NCBI GenBank assembly: GCA_964248365.1
Contig: CAXTYC010000002.1
Coordinates: 102,447 to 166,446 of the forward strand
DNA length: 64,000 nt
Direction of reading: 5' to 3'
From: an uncultured Chroococcidiopsis sp.
GTDB lineage: Bacteria; Cyanobacteriota; Cyanobacteriia; Cyanobacteriales; Chroococcidiopsidaceae
The notes under the pieces were generated by a model. That model was given only the letters and a program-made list of their open reading frames with translations, had not been told where the DNA came from and did no database searches. Positions 52,151-61,918 of the stretch are shown here, piece by piece; position 1 is the stretch's first letter, and every line of letters begins with the position of its first letter. Made by a program: the position numbers and the translations under genes.

Positions 52151-52609
52151 TTATGATTAGGTGATACTTATGTTAGTAAGCTTACGAGTTTCATTAAAGC
52201 TTATGAACTTCGATGTTCTACATCAAGGACTTTTCATATCTAACTTCAATTTGCTCTTTATTCATCCATGAATACACTGGTTTTTATCTTAAATTTCCTT
52301 TACTTTAAATTAATTACGTGATTATACGGATTTGACGTTAGAGAAAATTGTCAATCCTCGTCGCTCATTCACACATTCACTCGATGCCGTCCGGCTGGGG
52401 TTTGTTCAAAGGATGTCTTGTGTTTTATTACGGCTTAAAACTATTAGGAAGTAACGGGGTTTGAATTACCAAGTTAAAACGAAACAAATGTGGCGATTAG
52501 TTTTAAATGTTGGTGAATTCTAAAAAATCAATTTTTTTAGGAATAGATTTGCTTTCGTTGTATTTTAATTACGAATTACGAATTACGAATTACAAATTAT
52601 TGAGTTATT

Positions 52610-52826
52610 TATGTCAATTTCGACTAGCTTTTGCCGAGAGGACAAACCAGAGAGGATTCTAATATTTTATTTTGGTAGATTGAATTTATCAGCTAATAGT
52701 TTAATTAGCTCTTCATTTGCTTTGCCATCGAGGGGCGGTGATTTTAAATAAACAGTGAAGCTACCATCCGGTTCTTCCTTGATACTTTGCGAAGAAAAAG
52801 AGTTTTACTTTAATTCTTTTTTGCAT
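52610..52826 (-). pseudogene. DUF167/YggU (UPF0235) family, frameshift plus stop
   Basis: MQKRIKVK / fs / [48 protein letters not shown] at 52667-52669. Confidence 0.8.
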
Positions 52827-52932
52827 TACTTTTTGCTTCTCATACCGAATAAATTTATAGTTGCAACAATTAAAGGGCTGAGATTGTTTACAAAACAAGA
52901 GTTTCCCAATTCTATTATCTAAAATCTAAAAT

Positions 52933-53339
52933 CTAAAATGGTATCACTTCCCACAGCGCTGCTATTTGTCTCAACCACAACTATTCCAAAACACAGCCTA
53001 ATACATAATGAGGCTCATCCCACCAAGAAAAGGTAGTGCCAAGGGAGGCACGTCCTATAAAGGTAGAACGAATTTGTTCTAAAATAGGTGGATGCCACAA
53101 CTGTAAGAATTCCAGTCCACAGGTGATTGCAAAAACCCACATAGGAATTTGCCAGACTGCTTTTTTTGCTGTTCCAGAACAAGAAGACGAACAAGCACCA
53201 GAAAATTTCATAAAATACAGCGGTTCCCATAATTATTGAACCACTCATGAGCCAGTCCAGTATAGAACTTAAAAAGAAAGCTCATCACTATAATGATGAG
53301 CAAAGATAGTATTAAATAAAGCCATTGAATAGGGAGCAA
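52933..53339 (-). pseudogene. DUF2809-like membrane protein, disrupted
   Basis: KFYTG..WFNNYG / fs / YEIFWCLF / fs / CGLEFLQLW..LGTTFSWWD..YVLG; two frameshifts and a TAG. Confidence 0.75.
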
Positions 53340-53533
53340 CTTTCGTAACTGGTAACTGGTAATTGGTAATTGGGATTAATTATAAATAATATAAGGTGGG
53401 CATTGCCCACCCTACGTGGCGATCGCAGTGTTAATTATTTTTAATAAGATTAATAAAAATAAATATATTTGTAATAAGGTGGGCGAAGCTGTGGTATTAC
53501 ACCACAGCCTCGGATTGCCCACCCTACGGGTGG

Positions 53534-54076
53534 TTATGGTTGAGTTCGGCTACCGGAACCGACGACACCTATTTTATGGCGATAGGATAGTTCGGCTCCA
53601 AACCAACCAGAAATGCTAGTCAATGTACCAACAATCGTTGAGATTACCAATCCCCAAGGTAGAACTGCTGCTTCATAATTACCCCAACGCAGATAGAGGT
53701 TGATCGCTGTTAAAACTAGTATGGCAACGTTAAGGCTCATATGCGCCCAGCCAGCATTACGCTTGCGGACTCGTTCAATTTGTAAGAAGTCACTCATGCC
53801 AGTAATAGCAGCGATCGCACCAGTAGCTAAGCCTGCAAAGATTAGCCAAAATGAGCCTCTTGCCCAAAAGGGATCGCGAGTTAGCCAATAGACAGCATCA
53901 GTTACCAAAGCAAGTGCCAAAGAAGCAATCGGGAAGATTACAGTTAGCGGGTGTAAGGGATGTCCAGCGATCGCTACTGTACTAGGCACACCTGGATCAC
54001 GATATTCTCTATCGTTACTTTCAATAATCGGTGGAATATTGGGAAAGGGTGTCCCCGTTGTCTGTTGTGTTTCCAT
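53534..54076 (-). CDS. DUF2231 membrane protein
   Basis: GHPLHP..FPI, GWAH..N, GWFGAELSYRH. Confidence 0.88.
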   Translation of the reverse strand: METQQTTGTPFPNIPPIIESNDREYRDPGVPSTVAIAGHPLHPLTVIFPIASLALALVTDAVYWLTRDPFWARGSFWLIFAGLATGAIAAITGMSDFLQIERVRKRNAGWAHMSLNVAILVLTAINLYLRWGNYEAAVLPWGLVISTIVGTLTSISGWFGAELSYRHKIGVVGSGSRTQP

Positions 54077-54219
54077 AATTTCTCCTACTAAAAACTGTAA
54101 CTATCAAAGGCGAAAGGCGAGAGGTGAGAGGCGAGAGGCTAGGGAAAAGGGAAAAGGGAAAAGGGTAATAGAGGTATTGCGGTAAAGGTAATTTCTCCCC
54201 CAGCTCCCCCAGATCTCTT

Positions 54220-54960
54220 CTAACCAGTGGGGATTTGCTCGACATGGGCTTCGGCAGAAAGTGTTAGTTTGCCAGTTTCTACCTGTAGACTTTTAATCTT
54301 GAGGGTCATCCCTTCGAGGTCAAAGTTGCTCAGATTGAGAATTTCACTGGTTTGATCTACCAGTGCTTTTGTCAATTCTGGCGATATCTCTTCGCTCTCA
54401 CCATAGTGGACATCTTCAAGAGTAACGGTTTGTCCGCCAAGACTGACACGAGGTACAGCTGTGAAGGCAACGTGTTTTGTTTCACCGGTTTGAGGTAACA
54501 GTATAGTTGCATTGAGTGACACCTTATGCTCACCTGGTAGGCGAAAATCTACACGTTGGGGTTCAATGGTCATCAGTTGCCCATTAACACGTACTTGCTG
54601 ACTTCGCAGTTTGTCGTGAATAAAATCGGAGTTGAAAGCGCGGTTGATATCAGATTCTAATAAAACAACGCGGGTACTTGCGTCGGTAGGCTTGGTAAGT
54701 TCAATTTTGCCAAAGGCGGCACTTAGCGGATTGATAGCGACTCCACTCATGTGCATTTCCAGTTCTTCCATCCGCAGGTCGCCCTGCATTACCATACCGT
54801 CGCCTTCGATATCGACTGAATCCACCTGTCCCTGAATTGCCTTAAATGGATCAGTTTTGATATGTACTTCCAGATGCTCAACTTTATCTAGCTGGCTGGA
54901 TATGCCCATTTCTGCTGCCTTATTGAGGGCTTGCTCTCCTAGTCCTTGTTGTTCTGACAT
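54220..54960 (-). CDS. DUF2993/LmeA-like protein
   Basis: LGEQALNK, GQVDSV.IEG, LESDINRAFNS. Confidence 0.82.
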   Translation of the reverse strand: MSEQQGLGEQALNKAAEMGISSQLDKVEHLEVHIKTDPFKAIQGQVDSVDIEGDGMVMQGDLRMEELEMHMSGVAINPLSAAFGKIELTKPTDASTRVVLLESDINRAFNSDFIHDKLRSQQVRVNGQLMTIEPQRVDFRLPGEHKVSLNATILLPQTGETKHVAFTAVPRVSLGGQTVTLEDVHYGESEEISPELTKALVDQTSEILNLSNFDLEGMTLKIKSLQVETGKLTLSAEAHVEQIPTG

Positions 54961-55337
54961 CTGCCGTATTTCCTGTTGTTTTAAGCTCTTGAGTCAATCT
55001 AGCGATTTGCATTATCCATGTTATCTGTCTGGTGGTGGAAGCGATCCCCATACAACAGGCGTAGAAATATGCGTAGTCCTTGAATCTAGGCATCAGTGGC
55101 AACAAGCTTACTAAATATTCTTTTGTATTTCTTAATGGCAGTTTAAATAATTTGAAATAAACTATATTAGCAATTAATTCTCCGATTGACAGCATACAAG
55201 AGTTTTTCAGCCTTATGACTGGTTTTCAGCAATGAGTGCTACTGATATATCAAAAGAAAGATGGAATATTAGTAGCCTGCATGACAACCTAAAAAATGTA
55301 TGCCGATTTAAAAGGTCTATTGAGAGGAAAGTGAAAT

Positions 55338-56387
55338 ATGGTAGCAACATTGGATGATACCAAACGCACTGCGATCGCTGTTAGATTGGCTGATATGAAA
55401 GCATATCAACAGCTAATTATTTCTAACGAAGAAAAACTTTTATCACAAGTAAACGATTCAGAAATTCAAAAGCGTCTGCAAGATATGCTTGATTCTGATC
55501 GGAAAAACTTGGGTGTTATAGAAACTGTGATCGTTCAGTACGGTATCCAGGGAGAACCCCGTCAGTCAACGCAAACGATCATTGAACAGACTCAGAAAAT
55601 GATGGAAGGTTCTGAGTTGTCTTTGTATGATAAGTTCACTCAGCACGAACTGCTCAAGCATGGACAAGTGATGGCTGGTATCATGTTGCATAAAGCAGCC
55701 CAAGTTGTTGGTGCTGATATTGACTTGGCTTTCGGTCCTCTCAACACAGTGAACTTTGAGAACCGCGCTCATCAAGAGCAACTCAAAGGTGTACTGGAGC
55801 AAGTTGGTACTCGTGAACTGACTGGAAAAGACGCAGATCAAGGACTCTGGGCGCGTGTACAAGATGCAGCAGCAGCATTGACTGGGGTTGTCGGTAGTGT
55901 AGTAACACAAACTAGCGACAAAAAGGACATGAATGTCCAAGATGTGATTCGCTTGGATCACAACAAGGTAAATACCCTGTTCACCGAAGTTGGCGCTACT
56001 GACGATCCTCAAAAGCTCCAAGAGTATTTCGGTCAAATCTACAAAGATCTACTTGCTCATTCTGAAGCTGAAGAGCAAGTTGTATATCCAAAAGTTCGTC
56101 CTTTCTATGGTGACAACGACACCCAAGAACTGTATGACGAGCAAGCCGAAATGAAGAAGATGTTGGATGAAATTAAGGCAATCAATCCCGCTTCTAATAA
56201 GGACGAATTCAAGAGCAGAATCAAAAGTCTCATGGATGTTGTGGGCGACCACATTCGTCAAGAAGAAAGCACCATGTTTGCTGCTATCCGCAATAACATG
56301 AGCAGTGATGAAAGCGAACAGCTTGCTAGCCAATTTAAGCAAGCTAAAGCTCAAATTCAACAAAAAATGGGCGTTGTAAGTGAGTAA
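55338..56387 (+). CDS. Hemerythrin/HHE-domain stress protein ('DNA nickase' family)
   Basis: QHELLKH, NFENRAHQEQLKG, LDH..V..LF, HSEAEEQVVYP, DHIRQEE. Confidence 0.88.
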   Translation: MVATLDDTKRTAIAVRLADMKAYQQLIISNEEKLLSQVNDSEIQKRLQDMLDSDRKNLGVIETVIVQYGIQGEPRQSTQTIIEQTQKMMEGSELSLYDKFTQHELLKHGQVMAGIMLHKAAQVVGADIDLAFGPLNTVNFENRAHQEQLKGVLEQVGTRELTGKDADQGLWARVQDAAAALTGVVGSVVTQTSDKKDMNVQDVIRLDHNKVNTLFTEVGATDDPQKLQEYFGQIYKDLLAHSEAEEQVVYPKVRPFYGDNDTQELYDEQAEMKKMLDEIKAINPASNKDEFKSRIKSLMDVVGDHIRQEESTMFAAIRNNMSSDESEQLASQFKQAKAQIQQKMGVVSE

Positions 56388-56424
56388 CTAATGGGTTGCA
56401 TTATTCCTATTAGTTAGCTAGTGT

Positions 56425-56460
56425 AAAACCCCATCCTGCGTCAGCTGGGATGGGGTTTTT
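56425..56460. terminator. Bidirectional terminator
   Basis: aaaaccccatcc...ggatggggttttt between convergent genes. Confidence 0.75.
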
Positions 56461-56559
56461 AGTATTATCCAATTGAAAAGAGGCAAAGCCTCTTAATAAT
56501 TGTTCCCAGTCTGAGACTGGGAACGAGAAACGAGGGAAGAACGAGGGATGATTAATGCT

Positions 56560-57417
56560 TTAGCCGTTGACGACTGTACCGCCATTGGGATGTAAAACCT
56601 GCCCAGACATATAAGATGAGTCATGGGAGGCTAAAAAGACGTAACTCGGTGCGAGTTCTTCTGGTTGACCTGCACGTTGCATTGGCACTTGTTTGCCGAA
56701 GCTAGCAACTTTTTCTTCTGGAAAGGTGGAGGGAATTAGCGGTGTCCAGATGGGACCTGGAGCTACAGCATTAACACGTATTCCTTTTTCTACCAGACTT
56801 TGGGACAGCGATCGCGTGAAGGCTACAATCGCGCCTTTGGTCGAGGAATAATCTAGCAGTTGGGGACTTCCCTGATAAGCTGTTACTGATGTAGTGTTGA
56901 CGATCGCACTACCTTCTTTCAGATGCTTCAGTGCTGCTTTTGTCATGAAAAACATCGAGAAAATATTGGTGCGGAAAGTACGCTCTAATTGTTCCTTGCT
57001 AATGTCCTCGATGCTTTGTTGCGGATGCTGTTCACCAGCGTTGTTGACCAAAATATCGAGTTTGCCAAATTCATCTACTGCTTGTTGCACTGCTTGCTGA
57101 CAAAAGTTTTCGTCACCAATGTCACCTGCAATTGTTACTGCACGACGACCTTGTTCTTCTACCAGACGTTTTGTTTCTTTAGCGTCATCATGTTCGTTCA
57201 AGTACAAGATTGCTACATTTGCGCCTTCTTTGGCAAATGCGATCGCAACAGCCCGACCAATCCCACTATCTCCACCCGTAATCAGTGCTATCTTACCTTC
57301 TAACTTGCCACTTCCTCGATATTGAGGATCGTCGGCTTTCGGTCGTGGTGTCATTTCTGATTCACGACCTGGTTGTTCTTCCTGATGCTGGGGCGGTTGT
57401 AGTTGTTCTTCTGGCAT
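56560..57417 (-). CDS. SDR oxidoreductase (YhdF/YghA general-stress type)
   Basis: TGGDSGIG, NNAG, YSSTK, VAPGPIWTPL. Confidence 0.93.
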   Translation of the reverse strand: MPEEQLQPPQHQEEQPGRESEMTPRPKADDPQYRGSGKLEGKIALITGGDSGIGRAVAIAFAKEGANVAILYLNEHDDAKETKRLVEEQGRRAVTIAGDIGDENFCQQAVQQAVDEFGKLDILVNNAGEQHPQQSIEDISKEQLERTFRTNIFSMFFMTKAALKHLKEGSAIVNTTSVTAYQGSPQLLDYSSTKGAIVAFTRSLSQSLVEKGIRVNAVAPGPIWTPLIPSTFPEEKVASFGKQVPMQRAGQPEELAPSYVFLASHDSSYMSGQVLHPNGGTVVNG

Positions 57418-57877
57418 ACGATACCTCCTTGATGATTGACTTGATTAAAGCTTGGAAAAACTGCACCAAAACCAAACCTTGGATCTGGATTTGTCCCAAG
57501 GCTGATTATGAATAATTGTTAATTTTACTCCTGACTTCTACACATTTATCAACGAGGATAAAGAGCAGAATTACTCAATCAGTTGTATTTTTTGATTGAC
57601 TGGAAGCACATTAAAGGGAAGAAATTGTCAATAAACCGCAAAAACCGCAACTGTTGATGCCATTAATTAAACTACTAGCTCATTTCTTGTTGCTCAGTCT
57701 AGGGGTAGAAACGCTCCGCAAAATTGGCTCGATCTTATGGTGTAGCAAAGGTAAATGTTTGGCGTTATCTTTAATACTTAAGGTTGAGAATTGTTGATTG
57801 TTACTTGGGGCATATTTTGCTCAAAATACTCTCAGAGCTAAGATCACAATAACTGGGATCGCAACGGGGTTGAGGGA

Positions 57878-59494
57878 ATGCAAACATTAGATCTAGATCG
57901 TTCTATTTCTGATCTGTCAGAGCAGTTTCGACAGCTGCAAATAAAGCTGCGCGAACGCTGGGATAGTGTGGAGTTGTTTGACCAGAGTGATGGTGACATT
58001 TTGGTTATTCCCTCCCTCAGCTTAGACCAACGCGAGATCGGCAAAATTGAGGGCGTTCATCACTATGAAGAGCGTCTGCTATTTTCGTTGATTCGGCTGC
58101 AAAATCCCCGCACAAGGTTGATATATGTCACCTCTCAGCCTTTGCATCCCAGCATAATTGATTACTATTTGCAACTACTACCAGGAATTCCGTTTTCTCA
58201 TGCGCGCGATCGCCTGCTGCTATTATCCACTTATGATTCTTCGCTGCGACCGCTGACACAGAAGATTTTAGAACGTCCTCGGTTAATTGAGCGCATTCGC
58301 GGGGCTGTGCGACCGGAACAGTCATTCATGATTTGTTACAACACCTCGCCCTGGGAGCGAGAGTTATCGGTCAAACTAGGCGTACCCCTGTATGCAGCCG
58401 ATCCAGATTTAATGATTTGGGGGACTAAGAGTGGAAGTAGGCAGATTTTTGCCGAAAGTGGTGTGCCGTATCCAGATGGTTGCGATTGTAGCATTTGGAA
58501 CGTAGAAGATTTGGCTCAAGCAGCTGCCGAGTTATGGGAACGCCAACCACAGCTAAAACGAATGGTGGTAAAGCTGAACGAAGGAATTTCCGGCGAAGCA
58601 AATGCACTGCTCGATCTCAGACCAATGCAAATTGCGCCAGGGGAAGCATCCCATCACGAACGGGTAGCAGCAATTAAAGAAGGCTTTCGTTCGATGAGGT
58701 TTCAGGCTCAATCAGAGAATTGGGATAATTTTTCCAGTCGGTTTCCCGAATTAGGAGGAATTGTAGAGGCGTTTGTCGAAGGAGAGGAAAAGCGATCGCC
58801 TAGTGTGCAAGGTCGAATTACACCCAATGGTAAAGTGGAGATTCTCTCTACCCATGACCAAATCTTGGGGGGACCAGATGGACAAATTTATCTTGGCTGT
58901 CGCTTTCCAGCTGATGAGGCTTATCGACTGCGTTTACAAGAGTTGGGGTTAAAAGTTGGCAGGACATTGGCAGAAAAAGGAGCCTTGGAACGGTTTGGGG
59001 TTGATTTTGTAGCGGTGCATCAACCAGAGATTAGTGAAAATCAGTGGGATTTTCAGGCGATCGAAATCAATTTACGTAAAGGTGGTACTACCCATCCCTT
59101 CATGACCTTGAAGTTGCTGACCAATGGGCGTTATGACCTTTCTACGGGAATGTTTTATAGTCAGCAGGGACGACCAAAATACTACATTGCCACTGATAAC
59201 CTGCAAAAAGACCGCTATCGTGGGTTACTGCCAAATGACTTGATGGATATTATCGCTTATTATCGGTTGAATTTTGACACTGGGACTGAGACTGGTACGG
59301 TATTTCATTTGTTGGGTTGTCTTTCCGAGTTTGGCAAGTTGGGATTGACGAGTATTGGTGATTCTCCCCAACAGGCGGAAGATATCTATCAAAAGGTGAT
59401 CAAAGTGCTAGATCAGGAAACTAAAACCAGTAAAAGTGTGCTATCGTGTGATAGCCAGCATTGTCTACCTTTTGCTTGGAATGGTGGGGGTTGA
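57878..59494 (+). CDS. PGM1-related ATP-grasp peptide ligase-like protein
   Basis: HYEERLLF, GTKSGSR, VKLNEG.SGE.N, SPSVQ, FGVDF, IEINLRKGGTTHP. Confidence 0.85.
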   Translation: MQTLDLDRSISDLSEQFRQLQIKLRERWDSVELFDQSDGDILVIPSLSLDQREIGKIEGVHHYEERLLFSLIRLQNPRTRLIYVTSQPLHPSIIDYYLQLLPGIPFSHARDRLLLLSTYDSSLRPLTQKILERPRLIERIRGAVRPEQSFMICYNTSPWERELSVKLGVPLYAADPDLMIWGTKSGSRQIFAESGVPYPDGCDCSIWNVEDLAQAAAELWERQPQLKRMVVKLNEGISGEANALLDLRPMQIAPGEASHHERVAAIKEGFRSMRFQAQSENWDNFSSRFPELGGIVEAFVEGEEKRSPSVQGRITPNGKVEILSTHDQILGGPDGQIYLGCRFPADEAYRLRLQELGLKVGRTLAEKGALERFGVDFVAVHQPEISENQWDFQAIEINLRKGGTTHPFMTLKLLTNGRYDLSTGMFYSQQGRPKYYIATDNLQKDRYRGLLPNDLMDIIAYYRLNFDTGTETGTVFHLLGCLSEFGKLGLTSIGDSPQQAEDIYQKVIKVLDQETKTSKSVLSCDSQHCLPFAWNGGG

Positions 59495-59591
59495 GCTGGG
59501 AACTAGCAATTAGCAATTAGCTGTTAGCTTTTAGCTGTGGTTGGTAGTTGGTAACTTGCCTCTAGCCTCTTGCCTCCTGGGAACTGAATCT

Positions 59592-60230
59592 CTATAAGCC
59601 TTCACCAAAAGCAATTATTTGATCTACAGTTAAATTTAGATTGGGAAAGAATTTAGATTTGATGCGATCGCTACCTGTAAAGCTTTGAAAGCGATATTCA
59701 TTTTCTACCAGGATGCTATCAGAAGCAACTAGCTTTCCAATAGAAATTGTGGGTTGTAGAATTTTAGGGTTGCGCTTACCTGGATACCTGTCAAGATGAA
59801 ACAGCGGATCGACGAGCCATAATTCGCGTACTCCAAAAGCGGCGTACCAGAGTGGTTTATTTCTATAGTCTTCTTCCCAATTGGTGCTAACAATTTCAAT
59901 CGCTATGCTAGGAGGTTCTGTAAGTACTGCTTGCGTTTGAGTTTGTCGGTTCCAAGATTCTCTGTCTATTGCTATCAAGTCAGGTTTGCGGGTATCCTTC
60001 TTACCAAACATCATCACTGGTTTGGAATGGATTAGCAACCCAAGGTTAGCTCTCTTGCTTTCTATTCTTAAAGAGACTAGCAACTCACTACGCAGGTTTT
60101 CATGTTTCCCAGAGGGTTCTGCCATAGGTACTACGATCCCGTTAATGAGTTCATACTCTTGTCCTTCAGGCAGATTTAGAGCGAGGAATTCTTCGACAGT
60201 GTAGATGTATGACTCGATAGCAGTAACCAT
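59592..60230 (-). CDS. Uma2 family PD-(D/E)XK endonuclease-like protein
   Basis: YELING, KPDL, AIEIVS, GVRELWLVDP. Confidence 0.9.
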   Translation of the reverse strand: MVTAIESYIYTVEEFLALNLPEGQEYELINGIVVPMAEPSGKHENLRSELLVSLRIESKRANLGLLIHSKPVMMFGKKDTRKPDLIAIDRESWNRQTQTQAVLTEPPSIAIEIVSTNWEEDYRNKPLWYAAFGVRELWLVDPLFHLDRYPGKRNPKILQPTISIGKLVASDSILVENEYRFQSFTGSDRIKSKFFPNLNLTVDQIIAFGEGL

Positions 60231-60359
60231 AGGGCGAACCTTTGCAGGGTATACTTTATTTTATACTCCTCGAAACATTGCTAATATCCTTGAGAAATGA
60301 CTGTTATTTGTGTTGAAGTTATTTAATCTTAATAGTTTCTCTGCTGTGCTAAAGCTAGC

Positions 60360-61724
60360 CTAATCTGGCTTAAACCCGTATTTGTACATCCCCAATTTTT
60401 CAGTATTGTTACTGACGGAACCAGCTTGAGCCTCCCAATTTTGAAGAGCATTTTCAAGTAGGGGCTGATTTAAAGCATAGAGTTCGCTGTTGTTTGGTTT
60501 GCCTTTAGTTTGAACGCAGAACAAGGTATGGTGAATTGTAAAGCTGCAAAAGCCTGTTTTTTTTTCTGAATCTAGCTGCAATTCAAACCTGTTGGAAAAT
60601 ATTGCCCAATCTCTAATTGCTTCGTCTGGAGATTGCTGCTTGCGAAAGTAAACAAACAACTCGACCGACATACAGGGACTATAGATAGGAATCGGATATT
60701 CGTCAATAAACTTTACAACCGTTTTCAAATACTCTTCGTAGGCAACTTCTGGTTTCCATGTCAGAATAAAGCGAGTGTAATGACTCGTAGACCAAGACCA
60801 ATCTGGATCGTCAATTCTCCTTATTCTTACAATGTTTGATGCCCACTGCAAATTCAAGTCTCCAATTCTATCAGACCAGAATTCAAGTTCGTAGACACGC
60901 GCCAGATCTGAAAAAGCCTCCAAAGCATCAGTCATTACTTTAATAAACCAAGTATTAGCTGTCTGAGCACAAACAGATCTGAAATTGAAAGGCTGTTTTA
61001 TGTGCCATTCAAAAGAACCTACACCATTACTCCAGGTATCAAAGCTCCAGGTATCAAACAGTAAATCGATAGGTAAAGTATGCTCGCTTGGCAAAAATCC
61101 ATACTCATATGTCCACGTTCCCTGAGTTTCGTTGATGGCTCCGCATTTTTCTTGCCATTGCTTGAAAGCATAAGACACCAAAGGTTGATTTAGATAATAA
61201 AGTTCTCTATTATCTCCCTCGTGCGATTCAGAACAAAATAAACTATGATGGACACCAAAACTAAGACCATATTCACAATCCATTAGATCGGTAATAGAAA
61301 AGTCACCAAGATATCTAACCCAAGCTCGAACGGGCTGATTTGGAGATTCTTGAGTACGGACATATACAAACATATCCACCTGCAATTCAACTTTATAGAT
61401 TGAAGCTGGGAACTCTCGAATTGCATGGATGGCATTTTATACATAATTCTCATAAGACTCTCCAGGCTTCCACTCAAGCACCATCCCTTCAATTTCTGAT
61501 TGGTAGTCTGGAGCAATATAAACTTTCCAAACCCTTGCTAGTTCAAAGAAGGCGTCTAGTGTGTTTTTAGCAGTAGTGGCAAACCAAGAATTAATTTCAG
61601 CAGTAGAGTTGGACTTGAAAGGAGGAGGATTTATCCACCAGTAATTATCGCCTGCGTATCGAAAACTCCAAGTATCATACAACGGTTCGATTGGTTTTGC
61701 TGTTTTGTCAATTGATTGTTGCAT
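60360..61724 (-). pseudogene. Tandem two-domain hypothetical protein split by one in-frame TAA
   Basis: ORFs 61437-61724 and 60360-61385 share a frame; YENYV*NAIHAIREFP reads through; the two halves are internally homologous. Confidence 0.75.
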
Positions 61725-61918
61725 TCCATTTTTCAGTTGGCTTGAATCCGTTGTTACCAGCCTAAGAGCCTGGTAACGAGGAAAGCGGGGCTATTTTTAA
61801 GGTAGTTGCAGCGATCGCTACCATCATCATAAAAAATTCATACAACTGAAAGTTGCGTTTTACGGCAATTTAAGCGGCATTTGTGTAAAATCTATAAAGC
61901 CTGCATATTTAGCTGGTT

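Noticed and set aside
44623..61439. TAA recoding or readthrough to explain the in-frame stops
   Set aside because: Many intact genes here end in TAA, and neighbouring pseudogenes also carry frameshifts; decay is the simpler explanation.
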